A stretch of DNA of 63,195 bases, the filler included, from Trichomonas gallinae (lineage: Eukaryota), in assembly GCA_008369845.1 (NCBI GenBank). It is 6 parts of 6 records of this genome, joined end to end, with 100 filler letters (N's around TTAATTAATTAA, not from the genome) between each part and the next. Parts side by side here need not be neighbours in the genome. Positions count along the whole stretch, not along the records: positions 30,824 to 50,888 come from MRSU01000593.1; 5 more parts are not named here. The stretch is one strand, 5' to 3'. This document shows positions 31,205-41,622 of the stretch, one piece after another. How positions within the stretch are numbered: position 1 is the stretch's first letter; each line of letters starts with the position of its first letter. A program made the position numbers and the translations under genes. Below the pieces are notes generated by a model. It was given only the letters and a program-made list of their open reading frames with translations. It did not search any database and had not been told where the DNA came from.

Positions 31205-33361
31205 ATGGGTTGTTATCCATCAACCCCTCGAATTTCTAATAAACCTGACCGGAATGTCAAGAGAACACATAATATTGACTCAAGGGCAGCTTCGTCCAAC
31301 GACATTCACGTTAAAGTTTTAACAGATAAGCAAGTTTTTCAACAAATTACTACAGGAATTAAGCAAATATCGAATCCTGCCGATTTAGTACCTCAGGTAT
31401 GTGTTGGTGAGGGTGCTTTTCCTATCGCTACAGCCGTTTTCAAGCTTGAAGAGCCAGATGGGAATGAAATCAGGCTTCCTATCATCTCCTGTAGCGTTAA
31501 GGGTAATGGATACTGTCTATGTATATCATCAATAGACTATTTAATCCAACAAAACTTCCAAAACTACGACACAACGTTGCTTTTTAAACAAATAACGAGA
31601 GCGATCTCAGGGCAACAGAAAACTTTCATTCAGACATTCTGCCTTGGATTCACTAGGTCCGATATTCGCGTCTATAAAAGTTCATTTGAAAGTATGAACC
31701 TATTTATCGAAGGTGGAGTTGATTTTCCGCAAAACTTGCAGAATTACTCAGTAGTCGTTCTAAATACGAGCTATGTATTAACGCCGGAGCAGATGGACAT
31801 ACTTTACTCGTATATTACTGAAGATGGAAACGGCTTATTAACATTTTATAATCCAGCGGACGAGAGCCCTAACATCAACGATTTTCTCATGAGGTTCGGA
31901 ATAAGGTTCACTAATTTGGTAACCGGAGATGAAAATGATACAATAGAAGTTGGCCAAAGTTATGAACTGGCCCACGACTTAACTTTCAAGGAAATCAGCG
32001 ACAAATACGAAAAACTCATAGAGTCGGACAACATAAATCATATACAATTGAACGATTTAGTGTCGAGCTTGAGGATTTACGTTTTAGCATGCGGCGATGA
32101 AAACACGCCACGGCTATCTCACCTATTGGACTGCTCCTGGGAGTACTTGAAGAGGACGAACTATATTGTCGGAAACACGTTATTCCAAACGCAGCAGCAA
32201 TCTACTGTTTCATTATTGATTTTGGACCTTCTTCAGAAACTTCCGCTGGAACTTTTGAAGCCTGTGGATGGATTCGAGATATTCCCTGGCGTCACGGGCA
32301 ACGTTGAGCTTCGAGATTTCGAAATTGATTTGACGATCAACAGCCAGGAGTGGACTTCGACAGGTTTGTGGCTTCCAGCAGGTGTAATGGGTGAAGTCAT
32401 AATAGAGAACGTGCCGCCAAGCACTTTTATTCAGATTGGTTGCCATAATGAGAAAAATTTGCCGAAAAAGCTTCCGTGGGGCAGATGGCCTTCGACATTG
32501 GTCACTGAGCCAGTTATAACAGAAGAAACAAAGGTTGGTTCTCCTTACGGCGGAATTGTTTATTTAATGAACGGAGAAGAGGAAGAACTCATCAGCTACG
32601 ACATACATGCTAAGTTCTGTAACTTCTGCGAGTTCCCGCGCTACGTCATGGATACAGTTACATGGGAGAGAACGAAAGATATCGAAGTTCCATGGGGAGA
32701 AATCGAGACATCGAATGTTATACTCACGATGCCGAGTGACAGCCTCAGGAGGGTTGATGTAGATATGATAGCGAAGAGATTGGACTCTTTAGTTGCAAAT
32801 ATCAAAGATTATCTCAACATCGAGTGGGATTACAAGTTCCGCATCATCTTTGATGTAATGGTGGATCCAGGAGAGCCATCAATTTCCTATCCAATTGCTT
32901 TTTCAACGAAAGATATCGATAATGTTGTTGAAGGCTTTAAATTCCCGAACAAATACTTGTTTGACCTCTTGGTTGGTGTGGCGGCCAGTATCCTACAGAC
33001 AGCTTGGGTCGATGACGTCACAAAAATGGCAATTTCATCTGTTGCAGCTTCTGCGGCTCTTTCAAAGGTCTATGATGGCTTCAGTCCAATGCTGCTTGAA
33101 GATGTCGAGTTGCCGCCGCTTTTCCACGAATTATGGGAAATTCATGTTAAATGCGACATGACACTCTTCGCGAAGGTCCTCGCTGCCATCAGGGAGTCAG
33201 CACTTCAACAGAGTGACGTCCCAGAAGACATGTGGATCTCTTTTGTTAGAACATTGAGTACTATTGGAAATATTGACTTTTCCAACTTACTCAGCAGAAC
33301 CAAACCAATTCCTCTCTCTGTTATTAACTCTCTTAGAACCCTTCATCCATACAAAATGTAA
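31205..33361 (+). CDS. M60-like/TCAF (FAM115)-family protein lacking HExxH; N-terminal MGC acylation motif (718 aa)
   Basis: WTSTGLWLPAG, IQIGCH, RWP, SPYGGIVY, VPWGEIE and SYPI motifs of the M60-like family. Confidence 0.8.
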   Translation: MGCYPSTPRISNKPDRNVKRTHNIDSRAASSNDIHVKVLTDKQVFQQITTGIKQISNPADLVPQVCVGEGAFPIATAVFKLEEPDGNEIRLPIISCSVKGNGYCLCISSIDYLIQQNFQNYDTTLLFKQITRAISGQQKTFIQTFCLGFTRSDIRVYKSSFESMNLFIEGGVDFPQNLQNYSVVVLNTSYVLTPEQMDILYSYITEDGNGLLTFYNPADESPNINDFLMRFGIRFTNLVTGDENDTIEVGQSYELAHDLTFKEISDKYEKLIESDNINHIQLNDLVSSLRIYVLACGDENTPRLSHLLDCSWEYLKRTNYIVGNTLFQTQQQSTVSLLILDLLQKLPLELLKPVDGFEIFPGVTGNVELRDFEIDLTINSQEWTSTGLWLPAGVMGEVIIENVPPSTFIQIGCHNEKNLPKKLPWGRWPSTLVTEPVITEETKVGSPYGGIVYLMNGEEEELISYDIHAKFCNFCEFPRYVMDTVTWERTKDIEVPWGEIETSNVILTMPSDSLRRVDVDMIAKRLDSLVANIKDYLNIEWDYKFRIIFDVMVDPGEPSISYPIAFSTKDIDNVVEGFKFPNKYLFDLLVGVAASILQTAWVDDVTKMAISSVAASAALSKVYDGFSPMLLEDVELPPLFHELWEIHVKCDMTLFAKVLAAIRESALQQSDVPEDMWISFVRTLSTIGNIDFSNLLSRTKPIPLSVINSLRTLHPYKM

Positions 33362-33941
33362 TTTCTATGTTTTATTTTAATATATTTGTGTATAAACTGT
33401 TTATTATTCCATTATATATGAAATTGCACCATCTTTCCTCATATAAATACTACTTCAAATATAAAATTGAAGAATTGACAAAAGAAAAATATGAAAATTT
33501 CAAAAATTTATAATTTAGCATTTGATAATGATTTGATATAGAAACTAATGTAAAATTCAGCGCTTAAGACTATTCAAAGCTTAATACATTGATATAAAAT
33601 TGATAATAATAAAATAAAGAAAAAAAAAACTAATTTTTATTAGTTCATATGATTTATTCAAAGCTATAAACGTGGTTATTTCATTGTGATGCATCAAAAT
33701 ATGTTTTCAATATCGAAAATAAAATTTATTTAACAAACAAACAAAAATATATGGAGATTTGCAATAATAGTGGTAATATCATTATCTGCTAAAATTTTTC
33801 GTCACGTTTTTGAAGAAATAAATTTTGCAAAAATATTTTGGTTATTGATGAAATTTGAGTGCTTATATGAGTTAATATGGTATTTGATAATAAAATGAAA
33901 TGAATTACAATTCCATAATGTTGAAATAAAAATATAAAATG

Positions 33942-35711
33942 TTAAGCATGGACTAAATGATATTTTTCTGCTTTCAATATAGTTTTTTGGTTATATATCT
34001 TGCGTAATGACTGCTTCCAGGCCATCAAATGATATATCCCATTTGGTAAACTGTGAAGAACAGGAAAATAAAAGATTCCGAAGCATAGAACTATGAGACA
34101 AAGTGTAAAACATATAGCATTCATGTGAGATTTTCTCATAGGAACAGTGCTTATTGCGAAACAAAAGCCAATTACACCAATCATTAAAGGAACTGCGTAA
34201 TGATACTGATAAGTTGTTCTGGGGACTAAAATGAACGGAAAAAGACTTGCTGAATATGTAATAGTCCATGAAATTAAGGAAATATTTTTCAAATTAAATA
34301 TTGGAAGAATTAAACATAAAACGACACCGGTAACAGAGAAATAATAAGTAAAAGGGTTTGGAAGTGGCCAAACTATTTCTCTTGAGTTCTTTGGAAATAT
34401 TAATGAATTAAAACGAACTAATGGCCACTCATACCACTTAGATTCAAATCCTCCATGTTTAGTACATTGATTATTAATCTTGTGCATCGATATAAATGAA
34501 ACCCAAACTCTTTTGAATAATCCCATCTGAACAAAACGACTTTGATCTTGTTTTTCCCAGTGCCACAGAAGAGAGCGCTCATAGTCACGGTTAAATCCAT
34601 CCTCTGAGTAGCTCTTAAACCTGCAAATAATGACATGAACAGTAAATGAGAAAATTAGAACAGAAAGAGCACATAAGCCTAAAATAAATCCCCTACCAAG
34701 CAAAATGACGAATTTTGTTGCTAAAATTCTTGAAAATAAAATTTCAAATTTTGTTTTTTCCATGTTACTCGCATTATCTTTATCCTTTTCCGCTGGAAGC
34801 CTGAACAGTTCTATAAAAGAGCTTCCTGTTAGCTTGAAAAATTGTTGAAATGCTGGAAGTGCGAGTAATCCACCAGCTGTGTATTTAATAGAGCAAGCGC
34901 AGCCCACTGATAGTCCACATGTAACTATTGCAATGATAGAATCATCAACTGCTAAATAACAAGTTGAACAAATTGCAATCATCGACAATGCATGAAGAAT
35001 TCCATCAGTTAGGATTATTTTGCCTTCAGCAGCAATGCTGTTATCGCAGAGAAGTAAAAATGCGCCTAATAAAGAAGTTCCTAAAGGAATTCCTAAAAAT
35101 CGACAAGATAAATAGGCAAGACTAGGTACGAACGACGAAAAACTTGTAATGCCAAATCTTAATAAAACGTAATTAATTTCGTTATAATCTGAAGTAAAAT
35201 TTGTTGTTGCATTGTAGCTTTGAAGTCTTGAAAATAAGCCCAAATACAGCTTAGCAAGTGGAGGATGTATATCTACGAAGTATTCTTGTCTAATGTAACA
35301 GTTTGTGAAATTTCCAAAATGAGTTTCGTCGAAAGTGCAAGAATTTGGTAAATCTGTTGTAAAAGTACGCGAAAGGATGCCTAAAAAGATACATAATAGA
35401 AAAAGAAATGCATCAAGCTGAGAAAAATCTTTTGGTGAATCATTTATCTCGTTTTCATGAAAAACTTCTTGAATTTCTTCTTCCTCTGTGTCACTGTATT
35501 CGACAAATAGGCTATTTGGTTTGACTAATGAGTTAAAATTGTGCAATAATTTTATTTTTAAAGTTTTGATGGATAATTTACCAAAATAAGACTTTATAAA
35601 GCTAAAACTAGTATAGTGCGATGATTTCTTCTTGCTCTTTTTTCTTCGAATTTCATTGCTTTCATCCAACATATTTTGATCTTGTATTAAAATTACAACA
35701 TATTTATTCAT
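33942..35711 (-). CDS. Protein O-mannosyltransferase (PMT/GT39)-family glycosyltransferase without MIR domains
   Basis: FDETHFG...FVDIHPPLAK, ILTDG, SIKYT, SKWYEWP and RTTYQYHY motifs; alternative start ATG at 35672. Confidence 0.9.
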   Translation of the reverse strand: MNKYVVILIQDQNMLDESNEIRRKKSKKKSSHYTSFSFIKSYFGKLSIKTLKIKLLHNFNSLVKPNSLFVEYSDTEEEEIQEVFHENEINDSPKDFSQLDAFLFLLCIFLGILSRTFTTDLPNSCTFDETHFGNFTNCYIRQEYFVDIHPPLAKLYLGLFSRLQSYNATTNFTSDYNEINYVLLRFGITSFSSFVPSLAYLSCRFLGIPLGTSLLGAFLLLCDNSIAAEGKIILTDGILHALSMIAICSTCYLAVDDSIIAIVTCGLSVGCACSIKYTAGGLLALPAFQQFFKLTGSSFIELFRLPAEKDKDNASNMEKTKFEILFSRILATKFVILLGRGFILGLCALSVLIFSFTVHVIICRFKSYSEDGFNRDYERSLLWHWEKQDQSRFVQMGLFKRVWVSFISMHKINNQCTKHGGFESKWYEWPLVRFNSLIFPKNSREIVWPLPNPFTYYFSVTGVVLCLILPIFNLKNISLISWTITYSASLFPFILVPRTTYQYHYAVPLMIGVIGFCFAISTVPMRKSHMNAICFTLCLIVLCFGIFYFPVLHSLPNGIYHLMAWKQSLRKIYNQKTILKAEKYHLVHA

Positions 35712-35949
35712 GACAATATACTACAAGTAAAAGAAATTTTTAATGATTCATATATAAACAAAACTCAAAAAAAAATTTGATTTTTTGAATTTTATTGAAA
35801 TACACAATTGTAATTGATATACTTAAATATATCGCTTAAAAGTATTAAAATTTCATATTATCAAATGATAAAGGAGTGTTATTAAATAAATATCTTTATA
35901 TTACTAATTATTATTCATTTAAAGTATGAACAAAGGTTCATAGAGAAAA

Positions 35950-36640
35950 CATTGTTTAAGGATGATAAAATCCGATAGATTTCTATCGTAACTTTCCCTT
36001 TGACATTTTTCACATATTATTGTTTGCTTGTTCGCAAACCCAAATATTTTGTATAGCGGTGTATTTCTCTTCGTTTATATTTAATTCAAATGTGGAATTC
36101 TCAGCCTCTTCATTTGTTGTTTCAATAATGCAGCTAATAACCTTAATTTTTTTGCATTAGAGTTTGAAAAAGTTGGACAACTTGCAGAATTTCCACGGAT
36201 GGTACAGTATTGGATTACTGATGATCCATAATTGCAATAAAAACATCAATCTGATTGAGATTCCAATTGAATGTAATTAACTCCCATTTTGTTGTATACA
36301 CATTTTTCGCAAAGAATCGACGTTGTACTTCTGGACCTTCACTATTAAAGAGTATCGCACCTCCTTGATCAGGTCTCGATAAATTTTCAAATGTTCATGA
36401 AGTGGGAAGAAATTTTGTATCTCCGATATTACTAACAACAGCACCATTGTCGCTATTCTTAAAGATACATTCAGATACATACAGAGAATAAGGATAAAGT
36501 GGAAAATCGCAACTATTTTGTTGAAAAAATCTTTCGACTGGGTTGGGGGACCCGTAGATGTACCGCCAAAGGTCAAGATCGATTCCATCCTCGTGTATCA
36601 CAAAAACAAATCATCAAGATGATACAGATTCTTAAATTTC
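35950..36640 (-). pseudogene. Decayed Cys-rich GGAI-motif surface-protein gene
   Basis: LYVSECIFKN...TS*TFENLSRPDQGGAILFNSEG has an in-frame TGA; a later frameshift leads to CNYGSSVIQYCTIRGNSA. Confidence 0.65.
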
Positions 36641-37502
36641 ACTTTTATATGCAGAAATAAATATTAGGGGGAGAATCCAAAATCAAAAAGTAGGGATGCA
36701 ACTTTGGAAGATTGTTTTCTTCTTCTTCCTATTTTTCGTATGATTGTTTTCTTGATAACTGTCATCGAAACTTAGCCTTTACATTCTTTGATGTTATAAC
36801 AAAATCATCATATGACACACAAGTTAGAAACATGTTGGAGAGGAAAAAAAAAATTATTCTATAAATTTGATTGCAATCTACTGAGAAGATGCAAATATGA
36901 TCGGGTGTTTGAATGCATCGAATGCGTTTGTTTTTCAATATATTCAAACTGATGTTTTTTGAATAATCTCATCAAGAAGTAATAATTCAACGTACAATCT
37001 GCAATAATATTGCCTTAAAATACGTAAACTAAATGTATATGATAAGATTATAAATATAAAAGAATTTTGATTCACAGAAATAGATCCATTCATGCTAAAC
37101 TCGCATGATATTGTATAGAAATACTTCTATATATAAATTTGATAAATGACTTAGCATATTCTTTTGATATATGAAAAGATTAAAATTATTCATAATTTTG
37201 ATAATTTAAATGATTTAATCTCAGAAAATGGCTGTAGTAGTCTGATAATTTCTTTTGTAATCATTCAGATAATAAAGATATCATTCAATAATTTTCATGA
37301 TTTGTGTTTTTCTTTATGATTTCCTATTATATATGTGTACAAAACTGAAAAATAGGGAAATTATTCGATTTTATGAAATGAAAATTTCAAATATATTTTT
37401 TTTAATCGGTATTAGCGGCCGAAATTCAAAATATAGATCTATTACAGGTTCATCAATCCAAAACCGCCAGGAAAACAGGCAAGACGATATAAAGATTTAT
37501 AA

Positions 37503-39797
37503 ATGGGAATTAATGATTTTATTGCGAATGTCAGATCAGCAGAAACAATCGAGAAAATGAAATTCGTCATCAACACAGAGATGGCATATGTCAGAGCAAA
37601 GCTTAAGGAATCAGGAGCAGCCAAAGACCCGTATTTGATCGCCGAACTCGTTTTCCTTGATACAATCGGCGAAAACGTTGGCTGGGGGCAAATGTATGCC
37701 GTACAGTTGATGGCTCACAAAACATTGAGCGTCAAAAGAATGGGTTACTTAGCAACAGGTCAATTATTAGATGGATCATCGGAACTCTCTGTTTTAGTTA
37801 CACAAACTCTTATCGGTGATATACAGAGTGGCGATTTTTACTTCCAAACGTTGGCTTTGTCTTTCATAGCAAATTACGGAAATAAAGAGATCTGCACAGA
37901 AACGGCAATGCCAGTCCAGAAGCTCATAGAAAGATCTTCCAACACGAAATTAATCAAACGAGCAGCAATGGCTCTATATAAATCGATGATTCAATTGCCT
38001 GAATTAATTCAATCATTCAAAAACAGTTTTCAGAAGCTTCTCAATGCCAATGATAATGGTTGTATCATGGCTGGAACAAATTGCATCATTAAAGGACTGG
38101 AATTGTTCCCTAGAATGCAAGAATTGTGGAAAATTTTCATCGCTCCTTACACTCAGATACTCAGAGCACTTGTTCGCACACGCCCGCCATCACAATATGC
38201 TTTTGGTGTTACTTTTGACCCGTTTTTGCAATGTAAAATTATCAAAGTTTTATCTTTGCTTAATTGCGAGTCAGAAGAGTTCCAATCCATTCTCCAAGAA
38301 ATTATCACAACAACAGATGCCCGCAAAAATGCTCAAAGGGCCATTTTATATCAAGCAGTCGAAGCTGTAGTCAAGATTCGGCAAAACCAATCATTAAGAG
38401 GATTAAGTTTCAATCAAACAGGCAGACTTTTATCTTATAAGGATCCAAACATCCTCTACAGTGCTCTTTCGCTTTTTGATAGAGTTTTGTACCGAGATAA
38501 TCATATTATCAATCATGGATCAAGCGATGCTGTTGCTTTGCAGCGCTACAAGAAACATATCGTCAGATGCATTGATAATCCTGATGCGCACTTAAGACGC
38601 GTCGCTCTTTCTGTAATTCTCGCATTAATCGATGAAACAAACGTAGAATCGTTTGTTCCTGAGATGCTTCAATACATAAGACTCGCAAACTCAGATTTCA
38701 GGTCTGAACTCATCAATCGTCTTTATTATGCGATTTTGAGATTTTCGAAAGATCCGAATTTCGTCAGGAAATCAGTTGCAGACATAGTTTTTGATAACGG
38801 TGACTACGTAAGCACTGAGCTTATCACTGCATTCGTTGATTATACTATGAAACACCCTGAAATTCACAAAGATCTTCTTTTACAGCTTCCTCCATTCTTC
38901 ATGAAGCCTGACAACCAGGCCGCCATACAGTTAGGAAGCTTCTTATATGGAGAACTTGCGAATAGCTATGATGAATCAGTTATGGAAAATATGATTCAGC
39001 TTCTAAGCATGCCGCAGGTCAAAGATCAGAGCAGGATGATGCTTATATCATCACTCTCTAAAATCTGCGCCAGATTCAGGCAATACGAGAAAGTTGTTCC
39101 TGTGATGCAGAATCTAACAAACAGTAACAACATAGAAATTCAACAGAGAGCAGGCGAAATGGTCACATTATTGACAATGCCTGAGCTTGCTGAAGTAATT
39201 CTCGCTCCATCAGCTCTTGATGACAAACAGCCAACGACTTCGCCTGTGAAAATGGAAACAGCAAACGAGTCGAAGGAGAACAGCCCAGACAACCTGCTGA
39301 ACTTATTGTTGGATGTGTCTCCTGCACCACAGCAGCAGCCTCAGCAGCAGAAACAAAACGATGCGCTAAGTGAATTATTAAGTGCTCCACCGATTCAGCA
39401 GAATGTTGTCAAAGCGCCACAAGTTATACCTGATGGTCCACTTCCTCCACCACCAAACTCATTCCCTGTGATGAAGACAGTAGATTTCGCTGTTTACGGA
39501 CAAACACAAGTAAACCAGCAGAATCCGAACCAGATCGCTTTAATGCTTACTACTGTCCCATTAACAGACAAGCCACTGGTCAATTTCGTCATGGAATTTA
39601 GAGCATCTCCTGGATGGAAGCTTTTAGCGAAGGATCCTTCAGAGAAGATGCTTAGGCCGATGAAGGAAAGGAAGCCAGTCACTCAGATTGTATATCTGAT
39701 GTCTTCTGGCACACCTTTCACACTCAACATCGCTGTTTCGTTTATGATAGGCGCACAGCCAATTAGAGAGGTCGGTGTTCTTCAGAAGTTGAATTGA
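37503..39797 (+). CDS. AP-1 gamma-adaptin-like large subunit (Adaptin_N + hinge + GAE ear; 764 aa)
   Basis: FIANVRSAET, KRMGYLA, DPFLQCKII and ALQRYKKHIVRC motifs; hinge LLNLLLD; ear FRASPGWKL...VTQIVYL. Confidence 0.88.
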   Translation: MGINDFIANVRSAETIEKMKFVINTEMAYVRAKLKESGAAKDPYLIAELVFLDTIGENVGWGQMYAVQLMAHKTLSVKRMGYLATGQLLDGSSELSVLVTQTLIGDIQSGDFYFQTLALSFIANYGNKEICTETAMPVQKLIERSSNTKLIKRAAMALYKSMIQLPELIQSFKNSFQKLLNANDNGCIMAGTNCIIKGLELFPRMQELWKIFIAPYTQILRALVRTRPPSQYAFGVTFDPFLQCKIIKVLSLLNCESEEFQSILQEIITTTDARKNAQRAILYQAVEAVVKIRQNQSLRGLSFNQTGRLLSYKDPNILYSALSLFDRVLYRDNHIINHGSSDAVALQRYKKHIVRCIDNPDAHLRRVALSVILALIDETNVESFVPEMLQYIRLANSDFRSELINRLYYAILRFSKDPNFVRKSVADIVFDNGDYVSTELITAFVDYTMKHPEIHKDLLLQLPPFFMKPDNQAAIQLGSFLYGELANSYDESVMENMIQLLSMPQVKDQSRMMLISSLSKICARFRQYEKVVPVMQNLTNSNNIEIQQRAGEMVTLLTMPELAEVILAPSALDDKQPTTSPVKMETANESKENSPDNLLNLLLDVSPAPQQQPQQQKQNDALSELLSAPPIQQNVVKAPQVIPDGPLPPPPNSFPVMKTVDFAVYGQTQVNQQNPNQIALMLTTVPLTDKPLVNFVMEFRASPGWKLLAKDPSEKMLRPMKERKPVTQIVYLMSSGTPFTLNIAVSFMIGAQPIREVGVLQKLN

Positions 39798-40404
39798 GTA
39801 CCACTATTTATATAATATTCTATCTTTTGTAATTAAACATATATTTTTGTCAAATAAATTAAATTTATATGTCATATTTCATAAAATCAGACAAAAATAA
39901 ATTTTACATTATAAATTATATTTCGATTTTTTCGTGCAAATTCCATACATAAGAACACGGAACTCACATATATAATCCTTTAAATAGGCACATGTAATCA
40001 TTTCACATATATTGCAACACAATTCTTATCAAATCAATCTTGATTTGCAAAAAATAATTTTTGTTTCATTGTTTTCGAAATGGTTTCAACGATTTCAGGT
40101 TATTTTGTAGGTATATCTTGCTTGAAAATGATTCTTCTCGATGGCTTGTAAATTTAGATTATGAATTATGGTATTTTCTTATTCTAATCTATTGTTTATG
40201 CTATAACTAGTCAAGATCTGCTATGTGTGATATCATGATAAAGATTTTGACATTGCAAAATTTTTTTATGGACAATATGTCTTTATGTATATAAACATAG
40301 TATTTATTCGTACTATGAAATCGCAATAATAACATTACACATAGTAAAAACGCGTTTTTTGATTTGAAAATTGAAAAAATGTCAGAATGCTCTGAATCTA
40401 TTCA

Positions 40405-40956
40405 TTAACAGCAGGTTAACTTCCTTTTCTTAGTCTTGGTTAAGTCAATACCTTCAATTGGCTTGCCAATATTCCGAATTAAATTAATAAGTTGAGTGAA
40501 AACATCTTCTATATTTATAGCTGTAACTACTGAGGATTCAATAAACGGAATATTGTTCGAATCTGCGAATTTCTTGCCTTCTTCGTATGCTACATCTCTA
40601 TCGTCTGCCAAATCGAGTTTATTTCCGCATAACAACATAACTTTGGTTGGATCGATCATATCATGGTATTTCTTCATCGCAATGAATGATTCTTTAGATG
40701 TGATGTCATAAACCAGCAAGATTCCTGGAACTGTGTGTGTCACTTGTATTGCCATGGTCGAATACACCTCTTGACCCGCTGTATCCCATACACGGACTGT
40801 TATTTCTTCCCCATCGATTTCAATTCTTCTCTCTTCAACGACTGCGTTCAGTGTCGATTTCTCAAATTCATCGTGATGGCCATCGAAGAACTTCTTGATC
40901 AATGACGTTTTGCCAACACCTACACTGCCAATAACAGCAAAACTTATTATCACCAT
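40405..40956 (-). CDS. Divergent Rab-family small GTPase (183 aa)
   Basis: GSVGVGKTS, WDTAGQE, NKLD and a C-terminal CC prenylation motif. Confidence 0.92.
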   Translation of the reverse strand: MVIISFAVIGSVGVGKTSLIKKFFDGHHDEFEKSTLNAVVEERRIEIDGEEITVRVWDTAGQEVYSTMAIQVTHTVPGILLVYDITSKESFIAMKKYHDMIDPTKVMLLCGNKLDLADDRDVAYEEGKKFADSNNIPFIESSVVTAINIEDVFTQLINLIRNIGKPIEGIDLTKTKKRKLTCC

Positions 40957-40973
40957 TATTTAAATTTTTTGTC

Positions 40974-40978
40974 AAAGG
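40974..40978 (-). promoter_or_regulatory. CCTTT (M5-like) alternative initiator
   Basis: CCTTT 17 nt upstream of the Rab ATG; same arrangement 16 nt upstream of ATG 46530 (46547-46551). Confidence 0.55.
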
Positions 40979-41622
40979 ACTTTTTGTCCATTCAAAATAT
41001 TTGACATGTCAAAAATATCTATGAATTTTGTAAAAAATGTAAAAATTAAATAACCTGAATAAAAACAATCGATATGCACTTGATTCATCCTCGTAATACG
41101 AACAGGGTATCCGATAAACAGTGATTTTATAGGAGTTTTGCCGTGAAAGTAGCAGAATTTTATTGTAATAGATTTTTGATTCACAAAAATGTTTTGATTT
41201 AGGCTTATTGTGAATGTAAAACTATTTCTTAGACATATAATTTTTAATTTATCATCAAATAATGCTAATAAACGCAAAAAATATCAATTTTTTGAAAATT
41301 GGTCTTCTCGAACTTGAGGAAATGATAAATATTAATATTTTTGCACACTTATTCATTATTTTAAATCAACAGCTAATTTTGTTGAAAAATTTTATATTTT
41401 GACTTAAAAATTCGATTTTGTGCATTTTTATTAAATGAATTACAATATAATCATCTTATTGAGTAAATCTATCACCATTACTATTAATAATTTCAATTTT
41501 TTAATTTTCGAATTATATTCTTGAACAAACACTCATAATTCAAGTTTTATACATCAGATAAACTCTATCTTGTTGTAAAAATCAGGTCAATTTTGTACAA
41601 AAAGAAAAAAATATAATTATAT

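Noticed and set aside
36395..36397. In-frame TGA at a probable Cys position (selenocysteine or readthrough?)
   Set aside because: The same remnant has frameshifts, no SECIS was evident, and TGA ends intact genes here (e.g. 39797).
39940..40260. Cys-spaced minus-strand remnant, possibly a decayed IBR/RING gene
   Set aside because: Too degraded to support a call by eye.
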